Positions 1-12,110 of a stretch of 64,000 nucleotides of DNA are shown here, piece after piece. The DNA comes from Shigella phage SH7: the sequence record KX828711. One strand, written 5' to 3'. Under the pieces are notes generated by a model. That model searched no databases. It was not told where the DNA came from and saw nothing but the letters and a program-made list of their open reading frames with translations. Position numbers and translations under genes: made by a program. Positions within the stretch are counted from its first letter, which is position 1; each line of letters starts with the position of its first letter.

Positions 1-318
1 AACGTAGCAGGCGATCGTACATTCGATGACTGGACTGTTACAGTAATGAACGATGAAGCTCATGATGCTCGCCAGAAGTTCGTTGATTGGCAAAGCATTG
101 CTGCGGGGCAAGGAAACGAAATTACTGGTGGAAAACCTGCAGAGTATAAAAAGAGCGCTATCGTTCGTCAATATGCTCGTGACGCTAAAACAGTAACAAA
201 AGAAATCGAAATTAAAGGTCTGTGGCCTACTAACGTGGGTGAACTTCAATTAGATTGGGATTCAAACAATGAAATCCAAACATTTGAAGTAACTCTTGCT
301 CTCGATTATTGGGAATAA
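1..318 (+). CDS. 19: tail tube protein gp19, 3' partial (gene begins upstream of window)
   Basis: Frame open from position 1 to stop at 316-318; sits immediately upstream of the portal gene as in T4-type order. Confidence 0.6.
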   Translation, partial: NVAGDRTFDDWTVTVMNDEAHDARQKFVDWQSIAAGQGNEITGGKPAEYKKSAIVRQYARDAKTVTKEIEIKGLWPTNVGELQLDWDSNNEIQTFEVTLALDYWE

Positions 319-350
319 AATGAATGGGGAGAAATCCCCATCCTGCTTAA

Positions 351-1975
<1,625 letters not shown>

Positions 1976-1976
<1 letters not shown>

Positions 1977-2233
1977 TGGAAGGTTTAATTGAAGCTATTA
2001 AATCAAACGACCTCGTAGCCGCTCGTAAATTCTTTGCTGAAGCCATGGCTGCAAGAACGATTGATTTAATTAAAGAAGAAAAAATCGCTATCGCTCGCAA
2101 TTTCTTAATCGAAGGTGAAGAACCCGATGATGAGGATGATGACGAAGACGAGGATGATGAAGATAGCGATGATAAAGACGACAAAAAAGACAAAGACTCT
2201 GACGAAGATGACGAAGACGAGGATGATGAATAA
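1976..2233 (+). CDS. 67: prohead core protein gp67 with poly-acidic C-terminal tail
   Basis: 85 aa ORF, TAATG overlap with gene 20 stop; D/E-rich tail; position between 20 and 68. Confidence 0.8.
2116..2232 (+). repeat. GAT/GAA/GAC codon low-complexity tract encoding poly-acidic tail of gp67
   Basis: Near-continuous D/E codons. Confidence 0.7.
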
Positions 2234-2658
2234 TGCTTCTGATCCCTGAAACTCATGAATTAGTTCTCGAGAATGTCGAAGCACTTATTCCTGAAGCACA
2301 GGGTCGCTTTGACGAATTGTCTTCTGCTTTAAATAAAGACGATATAAATACAATTGTCGAGAATATGCTTGATGATGAAACTGATTTAGCGGTTGCATTA
2401 GCTTCTATTAATGAAAATATGCCGTTAAATGAATTCATCGTTAAACATGTTTCTGCCCGTGGTGAAATTACTCGCACTAAAGATCGCAAAACCCGCGAAC
2501 GAAATGCATTTCAAACCACTGGGTTGTCTAAAGCAAAACGTAGACAAATTGCTCGTAAAGCTACCAAAACGAAGATTGCCAATCCAGCAGGTCAATCTCG
2601 TGCTCAGCGTAAGCGTAAAAAAGCTCTTAAACGCCGTAAAGCATTAGGATTAAGCTAA
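2233..2658 (+). CDS. 68: prohead core protein gp68
   Basis: 141 aa ORF, TAATG coupling to gp67; basic C-terminus; position before protease gene. Confidence 0.8.
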
Positions 2659-3296
2659 TGAATGAACCCCAATTACTAATTGAAACTTGGGGTCAACCTG
2701 GCGAAATTATTGATGGCGTACCAATGCTTGAATCTCATGATGGAAAAGACTTAGGTTTAAAACCTGGTTTATACATCGAAGGAATATTCATGCAAGCGGA
2801 AGTCGTCAATAGAAATAAACGTCTTTATCCAAAACGTATATTAGAAAAAGCGGTAAAAGACTATATTAATGAGCAAGTTTTAACTAAACAAGCTCTCGGA
2901 GAATTAAATCATCCTCCACGCGCTAATGTTGACCCGATGCAAGCCGCTATCATTATAGAAGATATGTGGTGGAAAGGAAATGACGTATACGGACGAGCTC
3001 GTGTTATTGAAGGTGACCATGGTCCTGGAGATAAATTAGCAGCTAATATTCGTGCCGGATGGATTCCAGGAGTTTCTTCTCGTGGATTAGGTTCATTGAC
3101 TGACACAAATAAAGGTTATCGTATAGTAAACGAAGGATTCAAATTAACTGTAGGTGTTGATGCAGTATGGGGCCCAAGTGCTCCAGATGCATGGGTAACT
3201 CCTAAGGAAATTACCGAATCACAGACGGCGGAAGCCGATACAAGTGCCGATGACGCCTATATGGCTCTCGCAGAGGCCATGAAAAAAGCGTTATAA
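2658..3296 (+). CDS. 21: prohead core protease gp21
   Basis: 212 aa ORF, same length as T4 gp21; TAATG coupling; position. Confidence 0.9.
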   Translation: MNEPQLLIETWGQPGEIIDGVPMLESHDGKDLGLKPGLYIEGIFMQAEVVNRNKRLYPKRILEKAVKDYINEQVLTKQALGELNHPPRANVDPMQAAIIIEDMWWKGNDVYGRARVIEGDHGPGDKLAANIRAGWIPGVSSRGLGSLTDTNKGYRIVNEGFKLTVGVDAVWGPSAPDAWVTPKEITESQTAEADTSADDAYMALAEAMKKAL

Positions 3297-3300
3297 ATAT
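3293..3300 (+). promoter_or_regulatory. late promoter TATAAATA for gene 22
   Basis: Exact TATAAATA 27 nt upstream of gene 22 ATG. Confidence 0.6.
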
Positions 3301-3326
3301 TATTATCTAAACAACAGGACTACAAA

Positions 3327-4136
3327 ATGCTTAAAGAACAACTGATTGCCGAAGCGCAGAAAATTGATGCTTCTGTTGCTCTTGATAGTATTTTCGAATC
3401 AGTTAATATTTCTCCGGAAGCAAAAGAAACTTTCGGCACTGTATTCGAAGCTACCGTCAAGCAGCACGCCGTTAAATTAGCTGAATCTCATATCGCTAAA
3501 ATTGCTGAAAAAGCAGAAGAAGAAGTAGAAAAAAATAAAGAAGAAGCCGAAGAAAAAGCTGAGAAGAAAATCGCTGAGCAAGCTTCTAAATTCATTGACC
3601 ATCTTGCAAAAGAATGGCTCGCTGAAAATAAATTAGCAGTTGATAAAGGCATCAAAGCTGAACTGTTTGAATCCATGCTTGGTGGATTAAAAGAGCTCTT
3701 TGTTGAACACAACGTTGTTGTTCCAGAAGAATCAGTTGATGTTGTAGCTGAAATGGAAGAAGAGTTGCAAGAACATAAAGAAGAATCAGCTCGTCTGTTC
3801 GAAGAACTCAATATGCGCGACGCATATATCAATTATGTGCAGCGTGAAGTGGCATTGAGCGAAAGTACTAAAGATCTGACTGAGTCTCAAAAAGAAAAAG
3901 TCTCTGCTCTGGTCGAAGGTATGGATTATTCAGATGCATTCTCAAGTAAATTGAGTGCCATCGTAGAAATGGTGAAGAAGTCTAATAAAGATGAAAGCAC
4001 TATTACTGAGGGTATAAATACTCCTGATACTGAAGCAGCCGGACTGAATTTCGTCACTGAAGCTGTAGAAGATAAAGCTGCACAGGGTGCAGAAGATATT
4101 GTAAGTGTATATGCGAAAGTCGCATCTCGTTTCTAA
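3327..4136 (+). CDS. 22: prohead core scaffold protein gp22
   Basis: 269 aa, E/K-rich coiled-coil-like sequence; position before major capsid gene. Confidence 0.9.
   Translation: MLKEQLIAEAQKIDASVALDSIFESVNISPEAKETFGTVFEATVKQHAVKLAESHIAKIAEKAEEEVEKNKEEAEEKAEKKIAEQASKFIDHLAKEWLAENKLAVDKGIKAELFESMLGGLKELFVEHNVVVPEESVDVVAEMEEELQEHKEESARLFEELNMRDAYINYVQREVALSESTKDLTESQKEKVSALVEGMDYSDAFSSKLSAIVEMVKKSNKDESTITEGINTPDTEAAGLNFVTEAVEDKAAQGAEDIVSVYAKVASRF
4013..4020 (+). promoter_or_regulatory. late promoter TATAAATA for gene 23, inside 3' end of gene 22
   Basis: Exact TATAAATA about 135 nt upstream of gene 23 ATG. Confidence 0.55.
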
Positions 4137-4154
4137 TTTTAAAGGTTAACACAA

Positions 4155-5720
4155 ATGACTATCAAAACTAAAGCTGAACTTTTGAACAAATGGAAGCCAT
4201 TACTGGAAGGTGAAGGTTTACCGGAAATTGCTAATAGCAAACAAGCGATTATCGCTAAAATCTTTGAAAACCAGGAAAAAGATTTCCAGACAGCTCCGGA
4301 ATATAAAGACGAAAAAATTGCTCAGGCATTCGGTTCTTTCTTAACAGAAGCTGAAATCGGTGGTGACCACGGTTACAATGCTACTAACATCGCTGCAGGT
4401 CAGACTTCTGGCGCAGTAACTCAGATTGGCCCAGCTGTTATGGGTATGGTACGTCGTGCTATTCCTAACCTGATTGCTTTCGATATTTGTGGTGTTCAGC
4501 CGATGAACAGCCCGACCGGTCAGGTATTCGCACTGCGTGCAGTATACGGTAAAGACCCAATCGCTGCCGGTGCTAAAGAAGCATTCCACCCAATGTATGG
4601 TCCAGATGCAATGTTCTCTGGTCAGGGTGCTGCTAAGAAATTCACAGCTCTGGCTGCTAGCACACAAACCACAGTAGGTGATATCTATACTCACTTCTTC
4701 CAGGACACTGGTACTGTGTATCTGCAGGCTTCTGCTCAAGTAACAATTAGTTCTACTGCAGATGATGCAGCTAAATTAGATGCTGAAATTAAGAAACAAA
4801 TGGAAGCTGGTGCACTGGTAGAAATCGCTGAAGGTATGGCTACTTCTATCGCTGAACTTCAGGAAAGTTTCAACGGTTCCACCGATAACCCATGGAATGA
4901 AATGGGCTTCCGTATCGATAAGCAAGTTATTGAAGCTAAATCTCGCCAGCTGAAAGCTGCTTACTCTATCGAATTAGCACAGGACCTCCGCGCTGTTCAC
5001 GGTATGGATGCTGATGCTGAACTGTCTGGTATTCTGGCTACCGAAATCATGCTGGAAATCAACCGTGAAGTTGTTGATTGGATTAACTACTCAGCTCAGG
5101 TTGGTAAATCTGGTATGACCCTGACTCCGGGTTCTAAAGCTGGTGTATTTGACTTCCAGGATCCGATTGATATTCGTGGTGCTCGCTGGGCGGGTGAATC
5201 CTTTAAAGCTCTGTTGTTCCAGATTGACAAAGAAGCAGTTGAAATTGCTCGTCAGACCGGTCGTGGTGAAGGTAACTTCATTATCGCTTCCCGTAACGTA
5301 GTTAACGTTCTGGCTTCAGTTGATACCGGCATTTCTTATGCTGCACAAGGTCTGGCTACCGGCTTTAACACTGATACTACCAAGTCAGTATTTGCTGGTG
5401 TTCTGGGTGGTAAATACCGTGTATATATCGACCAGTATGCTAAACAGGATTATTTCACTGTAGGTTATAAAGGTCCGAACGAAATGGATGCTGGTATTTA
5501 CTATGCTCCATATGTAGCTCTGACTCCGCTGCGTGGTTCCGATCCGAAGAACTTCCAACCGGTAATGGGGTTCAAAACTCGTTACGGTATCGGTATCAAC
5601 CCATTTGCAGAATCCGCTGCTCAGGCTCCGGCTTCTCGCATCCAGAGCGGTATGCCTTCTATTCTGAATAGCCTTGGTAAAAACGCTTACTTCCGCCGTG
5701 TATATGTTAAAGGTATCTAA
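4155..5720 (+). CDS. 23: major capsid protein gp23
   Basis: 521 aa ORF, T4 gp23 length; strong codon bias typical of highly expressed late gene. Confidence 0.96.
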   Translation: MTIKTKAELLNKWKPLLEGEGLPEIANSKQAIIAKIFENQEKDFQTAPEYKDEKIAQAFGSFLTEAEIGGDHGYNATNIAAGQTSGAVTQIGPAVMGMVRRAIPNLIAFDICGVQPMNSPTGQVFALRAVYGKDPIAAGAKEAFHPMYGPDAMFSGQGAAKKFTALAASTQTTVGDIYTHFFQDTGTVYLQASAQVTISSTADDAAKLDAEIKKQMEAGALVEIAEGMATSIAELQESFNGSTDNPWNEMGFRIDKQVIEAKSRQLKAAYSIELAQDLRAVHGMDADAELSGILATEIMLEINREVVDWINYSAQVGKSGMTLTPGSKAGVFDFQDPIDIRGARWAGESFKALLFQIDKEAVEIARQTGRGEGNFIIASRNVVNVLASVDTGISYAAQGLATGFNTDTTKSVFAGVLGGKYRVYIDQYAKQDYFTVGYKGPNEMDAGIYYAPYVALTPLRGSDPKNFQPVMGFKTRYGIGINPFAESAAQAPASRIQSGMPSILNSLGKNAYFRRVYVKGI

Positions 5721-5735
5721 TCTTTGACGATTTAA

Positions 5736-5751
5736 GGGACCTTCGGGTCCC
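5736..5751 (+). terminator. GC hairpin (gggacc-UUCG-ggtccc) followed by T-run; terminator after gene 23
   Basis: Perfect 6 bp stem with UUCG tetraloop then tttagttgttttt. Confidence 0.75.
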
Positions 5752-5768
5752 TTTAGTTGTTTTTATGG

Positions 5769-5776
5769 TATAAATA
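5769..5776 (+). promoter_or_regulatory. late promoter TATAAATA for gene 24
   Basis: Exact TATAAATA about 28 nt upstream of gene 24 ATG. Confidence 0.6.
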
Positions 5777-5803
5777 AATCATATAAACCAAAAGGAAAGC
5801 GCA

Positions 5804-7087
5804 ATGGCTAAAATCAACGAACTTCTGCGCGAATCAACCACAACGAATAGCAACTCAATCGGTCGCCCAAATCTCGTTGCTTTGACTCGCGCTACCACTA
5901 AATTAATATATTCTGACATTGTAGCAACGCAAAGAACTAATCAACCTGTTGCTGCTTTTTATGGTATCAAATACCTTAACCCAGACAATGAATTTACATT
6001 TAAAACTGGTGCTACTTATGCTGGCGAAGCTGGATATGTAGACCGAGAACAAATCACAGAATTAACAGAAGAGTCTAAATTAACTCTCAATAAAGGCGAT
6101 TTATTCAAATATAATAATATCGTTTATAAAGTATTAGAAGATACACCATTTGCTACCATTGAAGAAAGCGATTTAGAATTAGCTCTTCAGATTGCAATTG
6201 TTCTTTTAAAGGTTCGTCTATTTTCTGACGCAGCGTCAACGAGCAAATTTGAAAGCTCTGATAGCGAAATTGCGGATGCTAGATTCCAGATTAATAAATG
6301 GCAAACCGCAGTTAAATCTCGTAAACTTAAAACTGGCATCACAGTTGAATTAGCACAAGATTTAGAAGCAAATGGATTCGATGCTCCTAATTTCTTGGAA
6401 GATTTGCTTGCAACTGAAATGGCAGATGAAATCAATAAAGATATTCTGCAGTCTTTGATTACAGTATCAAAACGTTATAAAGTTACAGGAATTACTGATA
6501 CTGGATTCATTGATTTGAGTTATGCATCTGCACCTGAAGCTGGTCGTTCATTATACCGAATGGTGTGTGAAATGGTTTCACATATCCAGAAAGAATCAAC
6601 TTATACAGCAACGTTCTGTGTTGCTTCAGCTCGTGCTGCTGCGATTCTTGCTGCATCAGGTTGGTTAAAACATAAACCAGAAGATGACAAATATCTTTCA
6701 CAAAATGCCTACGGGTTCTTAGCTAATGGTTTACCGCTTTATTGCGATACTAACAGCCCATTAGATTATGTAATCGTTGGTGTAGTAGAAAATATCGGTG
6801 AAAAAGAAATTGTCGGATCAATTTTCTATGCTCCGTATACAGAAGGTCTTGACTTAGATGACCCTGAACATGTAGGTGCATTTAAAGTTGTAGTTGACCC
6901 AGAAAGCTTACAACCATCTATCGGTTTATTGGTTAGATATGCTTTATCTGCAAATCCTTACACTGTAGCAAAAGATGAAAAAGAAGCAAGAATAATTGAT
7001 GGTGGAGACATGGATAAAATGGCTGGTCGTTCAGATTTGTCTGTTTTATTAGGTGTTAAGCTACCAAAAATTATTGTTGATGAATAA
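5804..7087 (+). CDS. 24: capsid vertex protein gp24
   Basis: 427 aa ORF (T4 gp24 length); gp23-like fold region; position. Confidence 0.93.
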   Translation: MAKINELLRESTTTNSNSIGRPNLVALTRATTKLIYSDIVATQRTNQPVAAFYGIKYLNPDNEFTFKTGATYAGEAGYVDREQITELTEESKLTLNKGDLFKYNNIVYKVLEDTPFATIEESDLELALQIAIVLLKVRLFSDAASTSKFESSDSEIADARFQINKWQTAVKSRKLKTGITVELAQDLEANGFDAPNFLEDLLATEMADEINKDILQSLITVSKRYKVTGITDTGFIDLSYASAPEAGRSLYRMVCEMVSHIQKESTYTATFCVASARAAAILAASGWLKHKPEDDKYLSQNAYGFLANGLPLYCDTNSPLDYVIVGVVENIGEKEIVGSIFYAPYTEGLDLDDPEHVGAFKVVVDPESLQPSIGLLVRYALSANPYTVAKDEKEARIIDGGDMDKMAGRSDLSVLLGVKLPKIIVDE

Positions 7088-7093
7088 AACAAA

Positions 7094-7109
7094 GGGACCG
7101 AAAGGTCCC
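7094..7109. terminator. bidirectional hairpin terminator (gggacc-GAAA-ggtccc) between convergent genes 24 and rnlB
   Basis: Perfect stem with GNRA loop flanked by A-run and T-run. Confidence 0.7.
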
Positions 7110-7119
7110 CTTTGTTTAT

Positions 7120-8124
7120 TTAGCTCACCAACTCAATCCAAGCTGGACGAAGTACATCTTGTACCATTTTAACTAATTCCTTCTTAATCAAAGAAGGATT
7201 ATCCGCTTGAGTTAGAGTAATACCTTCACGAGAAGTTTCTTCCAAAATATCTTGAACAGTTAGTCCCATCACCTTTCCAAAATCTTTAGGACCAATTTCA
7301 CCAATTTTAGAAATAACGTTATTTACTCGGTTCAGTGTAACGTAACAAGCTAAAATTCCTACCAATTTGTTATCAGCTTCTGATAGTTCAACTTTAACTT
7401 TAATAGGCTTATCAGACTTTTTCTTTTCACTAAATTTGGAATTCTTGCATTTAATTGCTACACGATTGCCATTAGGCATCCAAGAAGGATAACAAGGTTT
7501 CAATACATATCCTTCAGCGGTAAATACTTCGCCTTTTGCTTCGGCATTCCAAACGCATTTATTTGCATCAACTAATCCAGCATGGTCTACTGTAAAATTA
7601 TAATCTTGGACGACAGAATCTAAATCATTTGGCAATTTAATAAGCTCTTCAAATTTACCGCGACCTAAAAGTGGAGCAATTTTAAATTTAAATGTATTGC
7701 AGAATGATTCCATCATATAATCATCGACATAAGTCACGTCACCACTTTCCATAGTAACAATAATGTCAAATACATAGAAATCTTTATCACCATAATCAAC
7801 ATTCTTCTGAATGCCAGGCCCAGCGAATTCACCAAAGACTTGATAAGATACAACTGCTGAAGTTTCCATAATATCTTGTACTGCTTTAATGGAATCATCG
7901 TAATTCTTTAGAATAATTTCATACCCAAAGAAATCTTCAGCAGGAAGAATCGGTCCAGTACGTTTAGCGCAAGTTACTTTATCACGCTCGATAATTAGTG
8001 AAAAGTTTGTGCCGTGAATCTTTTCACGAGCTACCCACTCCCCACCAGTCAATCCCAGGCTATAAAGTTTTTCAATAAATTTAGAGTTGTAATGATTTTC
8101 AAGACTGCTATACTTTTTAAACAT
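7120..8124 (-). CDS. rnlB: RNA ligase 2 (Rnl2)
   Basis: 334 aa; N-terminus [16 protein letters not shown] and nucleotidyltransferase lysine motif EKIHGTN. Confidence 0.9.
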   Translation of the reverse strand: MFKKYSSLENHYNSKFIEKLYSLGLTGGEWVAREKIHGTNFSLIIERDKVTCAKRTGPILPAEDFFGYEIILKNYDDSIKAVQDIMETSAVVSYQVFGEFAGPGIQKNVDYGDKDFYVFDIIVTMESGDVTYVDDYMMESFCNTFKFKIAPLLGRGKFEELIKLPNDLDSVVQDYNFTVDHAGLVDANKCVWNAEAKGEVFTAEGYVLKPCYPSWMPNGNRVAIKCKNSKFSEKKKSDKPIKVKVELSEADNKLVGILACYVTLNRVNNVISKIGEIGPKDFGKVMGLTVQDILEETSREGITLTQADNPSLIKKELVKMVQDVLRPAWIELVS

Positions 8125-8133
8125 AATTAATCC

Positions 8134-8412
8134 TCAAAATGTAATTTCTAACCAATCACCATCACGCTGATCACTATTGACTTTAAAGCTGAATCCTTCT
8201 TTTCTCAGCCAATCACCAATTTCTTCAGTAATCAATTTATCACGAGCAATACAATAATAATTAAAATGTGTTTTACCTTGTTCAGCTGCTTTATTAGCAA
8301 GTTCCGAAAAATCTTTAATAAAACACTCTAGTTTAAACTGTTTACTTTTAAGTGCTTTTTCGCGCAATTGATTAGCAAAAGATTCATTTTCATAAAGATC
8401 ATACTGTTCCAT
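8134..8412 (-). CDS. hypothetical protein (position of T4 24.2)
   Basis: 92 aa ORF with start overlapping neighbour. Confidence 0.55.
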   Translation of the reverse strand: MEQYDLYENESFANQLREKALKSKQFKLECFIKDFSELANKAAEQGKTHFNYYCIARDKLITEEIGDWLRKEGFSFKVNSDQRDGDWLEITF

Positions 8413-8614
8413 TTTTCACCTTTTTATTGATATGTCTTTTTCTATAGACAACTTTTTCTCGAGTTTCAAATTTATTCTTAGCAGTCATAGCTCGAGCCCA
8501 TAATACAGCCACTTCTTTTGCCTGTAAGTTTAATTCACGAGCAATTTCAATGAATGACTTTCCAGACTCATGAAGAGTAAACACCACAACCTCAGTTCTC
8601 ATAATCAATCTCAT
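8399..8614 (-). CDS. small putative helix-turn-helix protein (position of T4 24.3)
   Basis: 71 aa ORF; segment GKSFIEIARELNLQAKEV resembles an HTH. Confidence 0.45.
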   Translation of the reverse strand: MRLIMRTEVVVFTLHESGKSFIEIARELNLQAKEVAVLWARAMTAKNKFETREKVVYRKRHINKKVKNGTV

Positions 8615-8683
8615 GTTATCGAGTTGATGCCATTATATACATCGTTTTCTGATTGTGTTTTGTGTGCTTTCAAAATGAAGAAA

Positions 8684-8697
8684 GGGGCCGAAGCCCC
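8684..8697. terminator. GC hairpin (ggggc-CGAA-gcccc) downstream of hoc
   Basis: Perfect 5 bp stem with CGAA loop. Confidence 0.55.
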
Positions 8698-8702
8698 TGA
8701 GA

Positions 8703-9833
8703 TTATGGATAAGTATAGATGATACCAGTTTCTAAAGCAGTTTTATGAATGATGTATCCATTACGTGATTCTTGAACATCAACTTCTGGATAGTCTTTCA
8801 TCATTTTCTGAAGAGTGTAACGGTGCAAGTAGTACTTACTATCTGGGTCGTCAGTTTTCCAATCTTTACCTTCTTCAGTCATTTTTTGGATTTCATCCAT
8901 AACCCACCAACCGCACCAGATATAAGCTGAAGTACGATGTGGAAGAGGATGAACATAAGGCAATTCACCTTTTGGTTCCGTAGCAACTTTATCAGTTACC
9001 TGAACTTGACCTGTTGTTTTAACTGTTTTGCTATCATAGTCAGTTGCTGTAACGACAGCAGTAACTTCAATAGTTTGACTTCCAACAGATGAGGTATCAA
9101 CAGTATATACGTTAGTTGACCCTTCTACAGGAGAAGAATCTTTCTTCCATGAATAAGTAATTTGCGCTTCTTCTGGAGCATCAGTGACATTAGCAGTAAA
9201 TGTAGCCGAAGCATCTTGCTGAACATTAATAGAAGGAGGAGTCAATGTAACCTGTGGATTCATTGTCTTTTTATTAACCGTCAGTGACACTTCATTAGAA
9301 GTAACGCTCAGTGCATCATAATCTGTCGCAGTTACTTGAGCTATGCACTTGATTTTTTTAACTCCGCTTGTGTCAGGAGTGTAATTGAATGTAGCAGAAG
9401 TTGCTTCGCCCACAGGAGAACCGTCAACGTACCATTGATACGTAGCAGATGCACCTGATGGCTGCGAAGCCAAAGCAGCGGTAAATTCAATAGCTGTTCC
9501 GATTACTCCAGCGTCAGGGCTATTAGGAGTTACAGCTAAGGTGGTCGTTTGTGTCTTATTTTGAACTGTGATAGTTGTTGTCGCTTCAGCCGTTTCCGGG
9601 CCTCCTTCAGAAAGTGTATTTGTTGCAACTACTTTAATAGTCTTTTGACCGGCAGGTCCTTTTAGTACATAACTAAAAGTTGCTTCAGCTCCATCTTGTG
9701 GAGCATCATCTACAGTCCAAGCATATGTAATAGTTCCGCCTCCAGTTTCACCACTGGGTGTAGCAGTAAACTGCTGAGTCTGATCTATAACTCCAGTAGG
9801 TGTTTTAGGAGTTATATCAACTGTAAAAGTCAT
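8703..9833 (-). CDS. hoc: highly immunogenic outer capsid protein Hoc (Ig-like domains)
   Basis: 376 aa (T4 Hoc length); repeated T/S-rich Ig-like segments; position. Confidence 0.88.
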   Translation of the reverse strand: MTFTVDITPKTPTGVIDQTQQFTATPSGETGGGTITYAWTVDDAPQDGAEATFSYVLKGPAGQKTIKVVATNTLSEGGPETAEATTTITVQNKTQTTTLAVTPNSPDAGVIGTAIEFTAALASQPSGASATYQWYVDGSPVGEATSATFNYTPDTSGVKKIKCIAQVTATDYDALSVTSNEVSLTVNKKTMNPQVTLTPPSINVQQDASATFTANVTDAPEEAQITYSWKKDSSPVEGSTNVYTVDTSSVGSQTIEVTAVVTATDYDSKTVKTTGQVQVTDKVATEPKGELPYVHPLPHRTSAYIWCGWWVMDEIQKMTEEGKDWKTDDPDSKYYLHRYTLQKMMKDYPEVDVQESRNGYIIHKTALETGIIYTYP

Positions 9834-9842
9834 AAGTTATCC

Positions 9843-10523
9843 TTATTTTAATGTTACGAAAGAAGAATTGCGTGTTTCACGAATTAAAACTGATCCATCG
9901 CGATTAATGTAATAAATTAAGCTAAATAAAGTTTGGTGCGCTGACGCATGTTCAAAACTAGTTGGGTGAGATTTCCAATCCGGAGTTTCAGCAATCCATT
10001 GATAAATCCACCAAGGAACAGTACAGAATCCTGGATTTTTTCCAATCAGCTGAAGATTCGGACTAAAGTTTTCTGGAAGAGTAAATACAGACGGCTTTTC
10101 AGATTCAATAATCTCAGCTACAGCCTGTTCAAACTTTTCTTCAACAAAGGGAGTATCTTCAATCAAAACATAGGTATTTTCAGGAATTTTATCCGTTTCT
10201 ACTACTTCAATTTTAATGTCAGATTTAACTGGAGAATCAATCAGAAGTGCTGCTTCTGGATTGACTTCTTCATCGTCATATTTTAATCCCTCTGCGGCAT
10301 CAGCAGCATCAATTAAGTCTTTAATAGATAACCCATCAGTCTCTGGCATAGGTTCACTAGCGAGCTTCTGGAGGGCTTCTTCAATATCAGCAACGATATT
10401 ATCAAAAGATTTATTCTTTTTGACCTTTATACCAAACTGTTCAGCATATTCAGCTAATTTAGCTTTAGCTTCTTTGTTATCATCAAGAGCCTTCAGCTCT
10501 GCAATATAATCTTTATCTATCAT
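9843..10523 (-). CDS. inh: Inh, inhibitor of prohead protease
   Basis: 226 aa ORF between hoc and uvsW. Confidence 0.75.
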   Translation of the reverse strand: MIDKDYIAELKALDDNKEAKAKLAEYAEQFGIKVKKNKSFDNIVADIEEALQKLASEPMPETDGLSIKDLIDAADAAEGLKYDDEEVNPEAALLIDSPVKSDIKIEVVETDKIPENTYVLIEDTPFVEEKFEQAVAEIIESEKPSVFTLPENFSPNLQLIGKNPGFCTVPWWIYQWIAETPDWKSHPTSFEHASAHQTLFSLIYYINRDGSVLIRETRNSSFVTLK

Positions 10524-10537
10524 AATATTTCCTCAGT

Positions 10538-10545
10538 ATAAATAT
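10538..10545 (+). promoter_or_regulatory. late promoter TATAAATA for uvsW
   Basis: Exact TATAAATA 28 nt upstream of uvsW ATG. Confidence 0.6.
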
Positions 10546-10573
10546 AGATATATTTATTACATGGTATTTAGAC

Positions 10574-12085
10574 ATGACTGACATTAAAGTACATTTTTAT
10601 GATTTTAGTCACGTGAGAATTGATTGTGAAGAAAGTACATTTCATGAACTCCGTGATTTCTTTAGCTTTGAAGCTGATGGGTATCGTTTTAATCCGAAAT
10701 ACAAATATGGCCACTGGGATGGACGAATCCGTCTTTTAGATTATAATCGCCTTCTTCCATTCGGCTTAGTCGGGCAAATTAAAAAGTTCTGTGATAACTT
10801 TGGCTATAAAGCCTGGATTGACCCACAAATTAACGAAAAAGAAGAATTATCAAGAAAAGATTTTGATGAATGGCTTTCTAAATTAGAAATCTATTCAGGA
10901 AATAAAAGAATTGAACCACACTGGTATCAAAAAGATGCAGTGTTCGAAGGATTAGTTAATCGTCGTAGAATTCTTAATCTTCCAACATCCGCCGGTAAAT
11001 CTTTAATTCAAGCTTTGCTTGCACGTTATTATTTGGAAAATTATGAAGGTAAAATTCTTATCATTGTTCCAACAACTGCTTTAACAACTCAGATGGCTGA
11101 TGACTTCGTTGACTATCGTTTATTCAGTCATGCAATGATAAAGAAAATCGGTGGAGGAGCATCAAAAGATGATAAATATAAAAATGATGCACCAGTCGTT
11201 GTTGGTACATGGCAAACTGTAGTAAAACAACCAAAAGAATGGTTCTCACAGTTTGGAATGATGATGAATGATGAATGCCATCTTGCTACAGGAAAAAGTA
11301 TTTCATCTATCATATCAGGTTTAAATAACTGCATGTTCAAATTTGGTCTATCTGGTTCATTACGTGATGGCAAAGCCAATATCATGCAGTATGTTGGAAT
11401 GTTTGGTGAAATATTTAAGCCAGTAACGACTTCTAAGTTAATGGAAGATGGACAAGTAACTGAGCTAAAAATTAATAGTATTTTTCTTCGCTATCCCGAT
11501 GAGTTCACTACTAAATTAAAGGGAAAAACTTATCAAGAAGAAATAAAAATTATTACGGGGCTTAGTAAAAGAAATAAATGGATCGCTAAATTAGCTATTA
11601 AGCTTGCGCAAAAAGATGAAAACGCTTTTGTCATGTTTAAACATGTATCGCATGGTAAAGCTATTTTCGATTTAATTAAAAATGAATACGATAAAGTTTA
11701 TTACGTATCAGGAGAAGTTGATACCGAAACCCGCAATATAATGAAAACCTTAGCTGAAAATGGTAAAGGAATAATTATAGTAGCTAGTTATGGTGTATTT
11801 TCTACTGGTATTTCAGTTAAAAATCTGCATCACGTTGTTTTAGCGCACGGTGTTAAATCTAAAATTATTGTATTGCAAACAATCGGTCGTGTATTACGTA
11901 AGCATGGTTCTAAGACAATAGCAACAGTCTGGGACCTCATAGATGATTGTGGCGTTAAGCCAAAATCTGCTAATACGAAAAAGAAATATGTTCATTTGAA
12001 CTATCTTTTAAAACACGGCATTGATCGTATTCAGCGCTACGCAGATGAAAAATTTAATTACGTAATGAAAACAGTTAATTTATAA
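10574..12085 (+). CDS. uvsW: UvsW SF2 DNA helicase
   Basis: 503 aa; Walker A LPTSAGKS, DECH box MMMNDECH. Confidence 0.95.
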   Translation: MTDIKVHFYDFSHVRIDCEESTFHELRDFFSFEADGYRFNPKYKYGHWDGRIRLLDYNRLLPFGLVGQIKKFCDNFGYKAWIDPQINEKEELSRKDFDEWLSKLEIYSGNKRIEPHWYQKDAVFEGLVNRRRILNLPTSAGKSLIQALLARYYLENYEGKILIIVPTTALTTQMADDFVDYRLFSHAMIKKIGGGASKDDKYKNDAPVVVGTWQTVVKQPKEWFSQFGMMMNDECHLATGKSISSIISGLNNCMFKFGLSGSLRDGKANIMQYVGMFGEIFKPVTTSKLMEDGQVTELKINSIFLRYPDEFTTKLKGKTYQEEIKIITGLSKRNKWIAKLAIKLAQKDENAFVMFKHVSHGKAIFDLIKNEYDKVYYVSGEVDTETRNIMKTLAENGKGIIIVASYGVFSTGISVKNLHHVVLAHGVKSKIIVLQTIGRVLRKHGSKTIATVWDLIDDCGVKPKSANTKKKYVHLNYLLKHGIDRIQRYADEKFNYVMKTVNL

Positions 12086-12097
12086 GGGCTTCGGCCC
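12086..12097 (+). promoter_or_regulatory. GC hairpin (gggc-UUCG-gccc) immediately upstream of uvsW.1 Shine-Dalgarno
   Basis: Hairpin abuts GGAG at 12101-12104. Confidence 0.5.
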
Positions 12098-12110
12098 TTT
12101 GGAGAAAAAG

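Noticed and set aside
9948-10509. Two plus-strand ORFs (112 and 97 aa) opposite inh
   Set aside because: Antisense to a well-supported gene, low-complexity composition, no RBS or promoter; likely chance ORFs.
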